A stretch of DNA of 36,040 bases from a virus (IMGVR_UViG_3300012346_000301:1-36040), one strand, 5' to 3'; shown: positions 26,669 through 34,407, counted from the stretch's first letter. The notes: generated by a model not told the origin, from the letters alone. Translations and numbers: made by a program.

Positions 26669-28857
26669 TATATTAACGCTAATTGATTTTTATGAATTAC
26701 TGCACTTTTAATATTGTTCTTTGATAAATTAAAATAACTTTCTTTAAGCTCAAATCCTATTCCCTTTCTACCCATTTTTACCGCTTGGTAAACCTCTGAA
26801 CCAATACCCATAAAAGGTGTAAATACCGTATCCCCTTTATTGCTATATAAGTGTATTAATCTTTCTATTGTTTCTAATTGCAAAGGGCAAATATGTTTTT
26901 CATCTCTTTCTTCTCTACCGTTTCTAAACCCTTGTAATGTATTACCATAGTTTATATCCATCCAAACAGGCGAAGCATACTTTTGCCATAAATCAACTGG
27001 AATATCAGTATTAGTTACTGGATTAACCCTATCCCCATCCTTTCTAAATATAAGAACATAATCAGGTATTCCAACTCTACTCATAGTACTATCTTTTTTA
27101 ACTTGCTTATGAAGTAAGCCTAATGCTTTTGTTCTTTGCATTTCTACTACTGGGTCTTTCCATATTGTAACCCTCGAATGATAAATAAACCCTACATCTT
27201 CAAATGCTCTTAAAATCATTCCTGAGAAATCCCTAAGACCTATAAAGCCCTCTTTCCCTTTTTGTATTGGTAAATCCATACAATGTACTGCAACATTTCT
27301 ACCTGACTGCATAACTCTGTATAATTCTGTTATAAGGTAGTTGAATTGAGTTAAAAACTCGTTATAATCCTTTGAATTACCCATATCCTCTAAATGGCTT
27401 GAGTAAGTGTATAGTTCAGCAAATGGTGGCGAAAATACAGAAAAACCTATACTTTCTGTTTCTAACTCTTTTATAAGTTGTACAGAATCCCCTCTTTTAA
27501 TTTTATACCATTCGTTTACTTCTTCGGTTGTATCAAACTCTGCGTTTGTCATTAACTGGTTGTTTAAATTAGCGTTTATCGCTTTACTCATTTCGTCTTG
27601 CATAATTTCAAATTGTTTTTGTTTTGTATTTATTGATTGGTTTACATTTGACATTGTATCGGTTGTAATTAAATATATATTAACTTCATTCTTTTGCCCG
27701 AATCTATAACTACGTCTTATCGCTTGATATAATCCCTCAAAACTAAAATCTAAACTTGCAAATATTTGATTATTACAGTTCTGATAGTTCATACCAAATG
27801 AAGCTATTTTAGTTTTAGTTATTAAAATTCTAAATTCGTTATTTGCAAATCCTAATAAAGTGTTTTCTTTATATTCGCTTGTGTCGCTTCCTTTTACTTC
27901 CTTTGCATCAGGTAACATCTTTCTAAGTAAATCCCCCTCTTCATTCTGCTTAATCCATATAATAAAGTTTTCATTAGGTTTACTATTTATTATATCAATT
28001 ACCTTTTGTAGTCTTTGTTCTTTAGTGTTTCTTAATTCTTGATTAAAATTAGTAGCTGAAATTATAGCATCGTTAAATAAACTACCATTATCCTTTTTAG
28101 GTGTCTTTATTTGTTCTTCAATAATATTTAACTTAGGCAAATCGTAACCCATCATATCAAACCCTATATCACTTGGCTTATTTAACATTATAGCCCACGT
28201 TCCAATAAATTGATAAAACAAGTTTATAGCGTGTCCTTTTAATCTCCATTTTGCAGTCTCCCCCCCATCGTGTACAAAGTACATAGCTAACATTTCATTC
28301 CTACCCATCACATCTAAAAACTCTGAATGATTACCTAACTCCATCGGGTCATTTGGGCTTGGTGTCGCAGTACAAGCAAGTTTATAAGGTGTGTTTACAA
28401 ATTTATCTATAATTAGATTTTTAGTAGCACCCTCAAAGTTTTTTAATATACTACTTTCATCTAATACAATACCACTAAATACAGAAGTATCTATGTTTTC
28501 TAATTGCTCATAGTTAGTAATATAAACCCCAAAACCAAATACATCAGATTTTAAACGCTCACAATGTAATTTAAACTTATCCGCTTCTTTTACTGTTTGA
28601 CCTGAAACTGCCAACGGTGCTAATATTAATACTGGCTTATTAGTATGTTTACTAACCTGATTAGCCCATTCTAATTGCATTAGCGTTTTACCTAATCCAC
28701 AATCAGCAAAAATAGCATACTTACCAGCTTTTAAAGCCCTATTAACAATGAACTTTTGAAAGTCAAATAGTTGATTACTTAAAAAATTGCCATGTATATC
28801 AAAGCCTGAATAAATGTGTGTCTTTTGTTTTTGTTTTAGAAATTCGGTGTATTCCAT
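26668..28857 (-). CDS. SNF2-like helicase fused to an N4/N6 DNA methyltransferase
   Basis: Helicase motifs DCGLGKT, LDESS, CTATP, FGMNYQ and QAIRRSYRFGQ. Methyltransferase motifs FSPPF, HICPLQ and TPFMGIGSE. Confidence 0.92.
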   Translation of the reverse strand: MEYTEFLKQKQKTHIYSGFDIHGNFLSNQLFDFQKFIVNRALKAGKYAIFADCGLGKTLMQLEWANQVSKHTNKPVLILAPLAVSGQTVKEADKFKLHCERLKSDVFGFGVYITNYEQLENIDTSVFSGIVLDESSILKNFEGATKNLIIDKFVNTPYKLACTATPSPNDPMELGNHSEFLDVMGRNEMLAMYFVHDGGETAKWRLKGHAINLFYQFIGTWAIMLNKPSDIGFDMMGYDLPKLNIIEEQIKTPKKDNGSLFNDAIISATNFNQELRNTKEQRLQKVIDIINSKPNENFIIWIKQNEEGDLLRKMLPDAKEVKGSDTSEYKENTLLGFANNEFRILITKTKIASFGMNYQNCNNQIFASLDFSFEGLYQAIRRSYRFGQKNEVNIYLITTDTMSNVNQSINTKQKQFEIMQDEMSKAINANLNNQLMTNAEFDTTEEVNEWYKIKRGDSVQLIKELETESIGFSVFSPPFAELYTYSSHLEDMGNSKDYNEFLTQFNYLITELYRVMQSGRNVAVHCMDLPIQKGKEGFIGLRDFSGMILRAFEDVGFIYHSRVTIWKDPVVEMQRTKALGLLHKQVKKDSTMSRVGIPDYVLIFRKDGDRVNPVTNTDIPVDLWQKYASPVWMDINYGNTLQGFRNGREERDEKHICPLQLETIERLIHLYSNKGDTVFTPFMGIGSEVYQAVKMGRKGIGFELKESYFNLSKNNIKSAVIHKNQLALI

Positions 28858-28877
28858 ATTTATTTTTTTAGTGTTCC

Positions 28878-28938
28878 CAAAAGTAAACAGAACTATTTTA
28901 ATAATTAAATTTATTTGTAATTTAGAATAGTTCTAAAT
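28878..28938 (-). promoter_or_regulatory. Palindrome ATTTAGAA-TAG-TTCTAAAT plus promoter
   Basis: -7 TACTTTTG at 28878-28885, palindrome at 28920-28938. Gap is 34 bp. Confidence 0.8.
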
Positions 28939-28939
28939 A

Positions 28940-29340
28940 ATTAAACCTTTTACCATATATTCATAGTCAGGTCTATATCCCTTGAAGTTCCATTAACTGC
29001 TTTAGCATCCAATTTAATTCAATGAATAGTCCTTTGCTTTTAATAATCCTTAATACATTAAAAGTATAAAAAGGTTATTTGGGTGCAAATTCAGTCCTAA
29101 TTCTATTTATCCTCATTCCCAAAGGCAGTTAGTAAAGTCTTTTACACTTTTTCAAGGTCGAGAGTTGATACCTGTAAATCATTGCTCCCACTTTTTCACT
29201 AACTGATATTTTCCTTTCTTAATTTCCAGTCCGAAAGGCTCTAAAATAGTTTAAGCGTGTACGTTCATCTTTAGTAACTTCCCATCGTTACAAGGATTCA
29301 ACCCTTTAAAGTTCCTGTTTAATAAAATTTAGATTAACGA
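28940..29340 (-). ncRNA. Candidate ~400-nt structured non-coding RNA (or replication origin)
   Basis: No ORF of 60 aa or more. Several stems with G-U pairs valid on the minus strand. -7 variant TACCTTTA at 29345-29352. Confidence 0.35.
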
Positions 29341-29354
29341 AATGTAAAGGTAAT

Positions 29355-29455
29355 AAAAAACCCTCAATGGTAAGAGCATTAAGGGCTGGTAAAAAAGGTA
29401 TTTAATCTTATGAACCGTTCCCGAAAATAACCTCTTACACTATTTTCCGAAATCT
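29355..29455 (-). ncRNA. Candidate ~100-nt kissing-loop RNA ending in an intrinsic terminator
   Basis: -7 TACCTTTG at 29460-29467. Hairpin 1 loop GUAAGAG is complementary to the terminator loop CUCUUAC. U6 tail. Confidence 0.55.
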
Positions 29456-29510
29456 TACACAAAGGTAAAAATATAAATTTAGTATTCAAAATATTTTTAT
29501 TACATTTGTA

Positions 29511-29570
29511 TGTTTTCATTTGTTTTAGTGTGTGTGTTATAGAGGGCGGGTAAAACTGCCCTTTATTTAT
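29511..29570 (+). ncRNA. Candidate ~60-nt sRNA with a GU-rich anti-start-codon seed
   Basis: -7 TACATTTG at 29501-29508. 11-bp terminator hairpin at 29539-29566 whose G-U pairs work only on the plus strand. Confidence 0.5.
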
Positions 29571-29595
29571 TACATAAAATTAACTAAATTTGTAT

Positions 29596-30144
29596 ATGAA
29601 CTTCTTAGAAATAGCTAAATTAGCAAGTGGAAACGTAAAAAGCCACAAAGTAAAGCAAAAGAACAAGGTTAAAAGCCTTAATATTATTCAGGTAGAACTG
29701 AATAAAAAAACTGATTGTTTAATATTTCTATTTTCAGATAGCAAAAAGGTAAATACTAAAGACTTTGCGGAACTAATAAAGCCAAAAGTATTAGAAATAT
29801 ATGAAAAGTGTCTAATGGATAAAAAGACTTTAATATTTACAGGTTTTTTATATGGTGGGGCTATTGCTTCTTATTTTGCTAATTCACTAAGTACGTTCAA
29901 CTGTATAACATTTAATAACACTAATCATAAAAAGTCTTTAGGTACTCACATCTATACTTTAAATTCAAACATACTTCATACAGGAAATAACTTATACCTT
30001 TTAAGAAACGGAAATATAGATTTTGAGTTAAGTATTTTTGATAAGTTAATAAATTTCTTTTATAAAAAAATAGGTTATAAAGCTAAGGTTTCGGATTATA
30101 TCAAAAGGCTTGAAAAGTATGAATCAAAAGAAAAAAATATGTAA
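29596..30144 (+). CDS. Catalytically inactive class-3 lipase paralog; start revised to MNFLEI (leaderless)
   Basis: FTGFLYGGAIA replaces FTGHSLGGAIA and HTGNNLYL..NGNI matches HQGQMIYF..DGNI. -7 TAAATTTG at 29585-29592. Confidence 0.7.
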   Translation: MNFLEIAKLASGNVKSHKVKQKNKVKSLNIIQVELNKKTDCLIFLFSDSKKVNTKDFAELIKPKVLEIYEKCLMDKKTLIFTGFLYGGAIASYFANSLSTFNCITFNNTNHKKSLGTHIYTLNSNILHTGNNLYLLRNGNIDFELSIFDKLINFFYKKIGYKAKVSDYIKRLEKYESKEKNM

Positions 30145-30613
30145 ATCTTGTAACGCTGAAACCTTTATATTTTCTAAAGGTAGGTGCAAAAATTGTACTG
30201 GTAAAGAGTCAGTAAAGAAAGAAAAAAAGCCAAAAGTAAAAGAGAAAAGCATAAGCCAACTTAAAAAAGAGCTAGACGCAGTTTTTAGCCTATACATTAG
30301 ACAAAAATACACCGTTAATGGTTTAGTAGCTTGTTATACTTGTGATACTGTTAAAGAGCCTAAAAATATGCAAAATGGACATTTTCACTCTCGCTCTCAT
30401 TTCTCTGTAAGGTGGGATGAAGACAACTGTAGGGTTCAATGTTCAGTGTGTAATGTTTTTAAACACGGAAATTACATCGAGTATTATAAACGAATGTTAA
30501 AAGAAATAGGTCAAGATGGCTTAGATAGGTTAGAGCAAAAGAAAAACACCCCTACTAAATTTAGCAAGGGTGATATTATAAACCTTATTAACCAATATAA
30601 ATCTTACTTATAA
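30119..30613 (+). CDS. ninG: NinG/Rap-family endonuclease
   Basis: LDAVFSLYIR, CYTC, NGHFHSR, RWDEDNCRVQCSVCN and GNYIEY motifs. Confidence 0.88.
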   Translation: MNQKKKICKSCNAETFIFSKGRCKNCTGKESVKKEKKPKVKEKSISQLKKELDAVFSLYIRQKYTVNGLVACYTCDTVKEPKNMQNGHFHSRSHFSVRWDEDNCRVQCSVCNVFKHGNYIEYYKRMLKEIGQDGLDRLEQKKNTPTKFSKGDIINLINQYKSYL

Positions 30614-30837
30614 TTCTCTATTAAATAATTCAAATAGTACTGAGCCTTTTTTAAATCTTCTAAACCGTTCTTTTCTTTGTAGCGTGAAACGTATTTAATT
30701 ATATTGCCCTCTGTAAAATTCATTTTATGAGCGGTTATATAATCTATTGGTTCAATACTACCAGAATAATGTTTGGGCTTTATAGGATTATTTTTACTTT
30801 TAGTCAATAATGATTTTATATACTTTATGAATACCAT
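30604..30837 (-). CDS. DUF3310 protein (T7 gp1.7-like nucleotide kinase family)
   Basis: PKHY..IEPIDYI...FTEGNIIKYVSRYKEKNGLEDLKKAQYYL. Start uncertain (30837 or 30876). Confidence 0.88.
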   Translation of the reverse strand: MVFIKYIKSLLTKSKNNPIKPKHYSGSIEPIDYITAHKMNFTEGNIIKYVSRYKEKNGLEDLKKAQYYLNYLIENYK

Positions 30838-30854
30838 AAAATAGTTTTTTCGAG

Positions 30855-30995
30855 TTACTTCATCTTGTTTAGCCATTCTTTTGTTTCCTTTATTTCTTTA
30901 GTTAGTGCTATTTGTAGTTTTTTTTTTAGCTTATCAATAGCTGCGTAGTGTTCGTTAATCTTATTTATTGTTAATTCCTTTTCTTCATTACTCAT
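30855..30995 (-). CDS. Hypothetical protein, 46 aa
   Basis: Hand-translated MSNEEKELTINKINEHYAAIDKLKKKLQ...WLNKMK. Confidence 0.5.
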   Translation of the reverse strand: MSNEEKELTINKINEHYAAIDKLKKKLQIALTKEIKETKEWLNKMK

Positions 30996-31191
30996 ACTCG
31001 AAAAATTCTAATCTTTTTAATACTAATTCAATACACTTTAACTGCATTTCCTCACTTTGTCGAGGGTATAAATTAAACTTAGTGTTTTCTAAGTCCATAG
31101 CCATTGAAAAAAATAACTGGATTTCGGCTAAAGTCTGTGTATCTGTTACTTCTTCAATATCCTCTATATTTTCTAATCCATCCTCTTTCAT
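30988..31191 (-). CDS. Acidic hypothetical protein; start revised to MKEDG
   Basis: -7 TATATTTG at 31207-31214 overlaps the track start. Confidence 0.6.
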   Translation of the reverse strand: MKEDGLENIEDIEEVTDTQTLAEIQLFFSMAMDLENTKFNLYPRQSEEMQLKCIELVLKRLEFFEYE

Positions 31192-31256
31192 CTGCTTTAT
31201 TTTTAACAAATATAAGAGTAAAAAAGTTTAGATAAAACTTGTATTTTACAAAAGTC

Positions 31257-32462
31257 CTAAATAGCGAAAATAGGGGCTTTTATAGTATATCCTCTCTTTT
31301 CGTCTAATAATGTTAAAGCTTGTGCAGGTATCTCAGGCTTAAATCCTATCTTATACCCGTATGCTGAAAGTCCTATTAAAGAACCATTTACGCAAGTATC
31401 CGAAGTAGGATATAATAACTGATGAAAATGCCCTAAAAAATTAAAATCTGCAACCATTTGTGCGTTCTTTCTGTGAATGTATTTTATCAACGGAATAGAT
31501 AAACCACCTATACCCCCTCCATATTTTATAGCGTCTCCGTGAAAGAACCTATTTACCTTGTTGAAAATCGTTATATAACAATCGTCAGATATAGGTATGT
31601 GAAATTTAACCCTTTTATTCCTTTGGAAATAATCTTGCATATCCATATACATCATATACTCGTAATTGTTCTTATATCCTGTGGATGGTTGCATTTTCTT
31701 TGTTGTTCTGCTATGGTTACCAATAGAACAAGGTAGAATCAAATTATAAGGCGTTTTAAGCAACAAATACTCTATAAGTGATATAAGTAGTCGCTTTGCG
31801 TATCGAATAGCTTCTAAGGGGCTTAAATTGTTATTCTCGATTAACTCATCGTGAATATACCCGCTTATCATATCCCCACCCAACCATATACACAAGTCGT
31901 TTACGTTTACACCAGTTGAAACACTATCCAAAAGTTTAAGAATATTATTCCCTAAAGTCTTAACTCTTGTTTCTGCTATCTTTAAATTATACTCATTAAA
32001 TCCGTTTACTATCCCTCGTTCTATTTTTTCTTCTAAATGCCAATCTGAAAGGGATATTATAGGCGTAGCCCTTTGCCTTGTTTTAGAGGTCTTTCCTGAT
32101 GGCTCAAAGTTATATACATCTATTGGCTCTTTAATCCTTAAAAGGTCGTTGTATCGTTTATCGGAAAGGTCTAACTCTGAAATAACATATTCTAACTTTC
32201 TTTTTAGTTCTGTGATTTCTGATTTTCTAATACGTTCAGCACGTTCCATTGAAATACTTTCAATGATGGAAGTACTTTTGTCTATTGGGTTTTCATTAAA
32301 GTATTCTTTAATTCTTGCCCTGATAGCTTCAATAGTTAGCTTGTTTAGTTCCTTTTGCGTTTCTTTCAAAACCTTTGCTAATGAAGTGTTGTTATAATTT
32401 AGTCCTTTGTAGGTATCTAAATTATTTTCCATTAGTTCGTAAAACCATTCTTTTGTTATCAT
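31257..32462 (-). CDS. Calcineurin-like metallophosphoesterase with N-terminal coiled coil
   Basis: SDWH, GGDMISG, GNHSR, HGD and GHFHQ motifs. Confidence 0.88.
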   Translation of the reverse strand: MITKEWFYELMENNLDTYKGLNYNNTSLAKVLKETQKELNKLTIEAIRARIKEYFNENPIDKSTSIIESISMERAERIRKSEITELKRKLEYVISELDLSDKRYNDLLRIKEPIDVYNFEPSGKTSKTRQRATPIISLSDWHLEEKIERGIVNGFNEYNLKIAETRVKTLGNNILKLLDSVSTGVNVNDLCIWLGGDMISGYIHDELIENNNLSPLEAIRYAKRLLISLIEYLLLKTPYNLILPCSIGNHSRTTKKMQPSTGYKNNYEYMMYMDMQDYFQRNKRVKFHIPISDDCYITIFNKVNRFFHGDAIKYGGGIGGLSIPLIKYIHRKNAQMVADFNFLGHFHQLLYPTSDTCVNGSLIGLSAYGYKIGFKPEIPAQALTLLDEKRGYTIKAPIFAI

Positions 32463-32468
32463 ATGTTT

Positions 32469-32846
32469 TTAGTTTATTTTATATTCCATTTGAAAGTAGT
32501 AAACGTATCTCATATACCCCTCTTCTCTTAAAATAGACATAAGTTTAAAGCCCATACTTGTGTACATATTCATTGTTTCTTCAGGTAACGTAAGTAAATA
32601 CTCTCCATAAACCACCTTAGTTATATGTATAGTTTTATTTTCTACAATCTCTCTTAAATCTTTTTTAGGGTCAAAAAAAGAAGTGTAATAATGTGTACCA
32701 TCTTCATAATAGTAATTTGTCCAGCCAAATATATTTTCTCCAATATACTTTAACCCACCAAAATCTATTGTTTTTATTATTTTAAATAGTTCACTATTAC
32801 CATCTAAATAGTGTTTACCTACTTCTAATTTATCAAAGTTTTTCAT
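32469..32846 (-). CDS. Hypothetical protein
   Basis: ORF track. Confidence 0.65.
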   Translation of the reverse strand: MKNFDKLEVGKHYLDGNSELFKIIKTIDFGGLKYIGENIFGWTNYYYEDGTHYYTSFFDPKKDLREIVENKTIHITKVVYGEYLLTLPEETMNMYTSMGFKLMSILREEGYMRYVYYFQMEYKIN

Positions 32847-32980
32847 ATGTTTTTGTTATAAAGTGTAATTTCTTCGTGGTCTGCAAATCTTAACTCATCT
32901 TCCATATAAATTAAATCTTGTATAATTTCATAGTAAGTTATTATACCATTCCATACAACTAAATCTAAATTTCTGTACAT
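32843..32980 (-). CDS. Hypothetical protein, 45 aa
   Basis: Hand-translated MYRNLDLVVWNG...ELRFADHEEITLYNKNI. ATGA overlap. Confidence 0.55.
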   Translation of the reverse strand: MYRNLDLVVWNGIITYYEIIQDLIYMEDELRFADHEEITLYNKNI

Positions 32981-32981
32981 C

Positions 32982-33311
32982 TTAAAAAGTGTAAGTAAGA
33001 CCTATGTTTGTTTTAGATAATTGCAATTTTTGCATATTCCTTTCTTTACTAAAAGTACCAATAGCCGAATAAGCTAAAATAGAACCCATAAGTATTAAGG
33101 TATTTCTATTCATCTTTTCGTTAAAGTTATTGTTTAGCTTTGAATTGTAAAATATTGTAGCGTTTGTAGTAACTATAAAAGTTAATAATACATTGTCGCT
33201 AATTTTCTGTTGTCGGTAATCCATCTCGCTAAACTTCCTTTGACCGTAGCAATAAGAAGATATAATCATTATTGCACAAAATAACTGAATTGTTTTTAGT
33301 AGTGTGTTCAT
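32982..33311 (-). CDS. Exported/membrane protein with C-terminal GLTYTF
   Basis: N-terminal signal-peptide-like segment, two hydrophobic stretches and a terminal Phe. Confidence 0.65.
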   Translation of the reverse strand: MNTLLKTIQLFCAIMIISSYCYGQRKFSEMDYRQQKISDNVLLTFIVTTNATIFYNSKLNNNFNEKMNRNTLILMGSILAYSAIGTFSKERNMQKLQLSKTNIGLTYTF

Positions 33312-33332
33312 AATGTTTGAATTTTACAAAAG

Positions 33333-33393
33333 CAAAAATAATAATAAAATCCAAATAAAGAACAAGTTAGTGAAATTTAGAATCGTTCTAAAT
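33333..33393 (-). promoter_or_regulatory. Palindrome ATTTAGAA-TCG-TTCTAAAT plus promoter
   Basis: -7 TATTTTTG at 33333-33340, palindrome at 33375-33393. Gap is 34 bp. Confidence 0.8.
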
Positions 33394-33566
33394 TACTTTT
33401 TTAACATAGAATCCTTTGATAAGTACCCAAATACTGCCACTCCACCCGATACAACCAATGTAAATATAGACTTTGGACTAAAAGGGTTATCTAAGTCTAA
33501 GCCCATCCACGCAGTAAATAAAGCTAATAATATACCTATTGTAGTAGTTTTCCAATCCTTTCTCAT
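33393..33566 (-). CDS. Holin, 57 aa, 2 TM
   Basis: Hand-translated MRKDWKTTTIGILLALFTAWMG...VVSGGVAVFGYLSKDSMLKK. WKTT..G and terminal KD motifs; ATGA overlap with the endolysin. Confidence 0.75.
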   Translation of the reverse strand: MRKDWKTTTIGILLALFTAWMGLDLDNPFSPKSIFTLVVSGGVAVFGYLSKDSMLKK

Positions 33567-33988
33567 AATCTTATTATTTGTTTCCTATTTACTCCTTTTC
33601 TCTTTAATGAAACGTGAACCCACGCAGGGTTAGTATCATTGCCGAACTCCCATATTAATTGGTCAAATTCTAAATTGTTTTTTATCCAGTTAAATATTTC
33701 AGCATTAGAAATACCGCCATATATATCAGCATCTATATCTATTGCTTCCCCTGTTAAATGTTGGCTATTCTTAGCACCCTTTATAGCCTTATTTAAGGCA
33801 CTTGACCTATAAAACGAACTTATGCCTATCGGTCTATTGAAATGCTTTCTTAAAGGCTCAAATACGTTCAAAGCTACATACCTCATATTAGCTAATATAT
33901 CAGCATCATTAGTAGTATTGTTAATACCTAACTTAATAGCTTGGTTACTTTTAAATGCTTCCGCTTCGCTTATATTTGGGCTTATCAT
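33563..33988 (-). CDS. Endolysin, peptidase M15A family
   Basis: SSFYRS..LN, SQHLTGEAID, FDQLIWE and WVHVS motifs. Confidence 0.93.
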   Translation of the reverse strand: MISPNISEAEAFKSNQAIKLGINNTTNDADILANMRYVALNVFEPLRKHFNRPIGISSFYRSSALNKAIKGAKNSQHLTGEAIDIDADIYGGISNAEIFNWIKNNLEFDQLIWEFGNDTNPAWVHVSLKRKGVNRKQIIRL

Positions 33989-34407
33989 TGTTTTTTAATT
34001 TGTATTGCCACTACTAAAAACATTCCTATACATATACATAGAAGCAAAAGTATAAGAGAGGGTAAAAACATTTTCTCTTTATAAAATGGCTTATCCTTGA
34101 ATACTGGGTATGCTTTGCCTTGTATCTTCTTTTCAATAGTTTTAATTATAGTATCATTCGGCGTAGTTACTGTTAAAAACCTATCTTTAATTACTACCTT
34201 AACTCTACCTTTTACTATCACAGTATCTTTAATCTCTGTTTTAATAGTATCCCCCTTTATAAAAGTAGTATCTACTATCTGTATCGTAGTGTCAAAATTC
34301 TGTATTATTTCAGGGTATATCCTAACTGCTTTTTTAAATAGTCTATTTGCTCGTTTTTGAGGGCTACAAGAAGCGAAAAGAATAAGAATGATAAGTAAGT
34401 ACTTCAT
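33985..34407 (-). CDS. Putative unimolecular spanin
   Basis: Lipobox LFASC at the N-terminus, beta-rich DT-repeat middle, C-terminal TM helix. Located in the lysis cassette. Confidence 0.65.
   Translation of the reverse strand: MKYLLIILILFASCSPQKRANRLFKKAVRIYPEIIQNFDTTIQIVDTTFIKGDTIKTEIKDTVIVKGRVKVVIKDRFLTVTTPNDTIIKTIEKKIQGKAYPVFKDKPFYKEKMFLPSLILLLLCICIGMFLVVAIQIKKQ

Noticed and set aside
29379-29519. 47-codon minus-strand ORF MKTYKCNK...
   Set aside because: It runs through two -7 boxes and the RNA hairpins, and the adjacent terminator has G-U pairs valid only on the plus strand. Not called as a gene, but not fully excluded.
28940-29570. tRNA, tmRNA or group I/II intron in the non-coding region
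   Set aside because: I recognised no cloverleaf with a T-loop, no tag reading frame and no intron core, and no interrupted gene flanks it.
3670-33393. Recurrent palindromes as CRISPR repeats, att sites or transposon ends
   Set aside because: They are dispersed, always tied to -7 boxes, and have no spacers. No cas, integrase or transposase gene is present.
5489-34360. Antisense ORFs in the track (5489, 7005, 9094, 10461, 15967, 17087, 18400, 19221, 20702, 22310, 27407, 27860, 30124, 30968, 31539, 32149, 33304, 34097)
   Set aside because: They lie opposite well-supported genes, have Ser/Phe/Leu-rich shadow composition and lack promoters or leaders.
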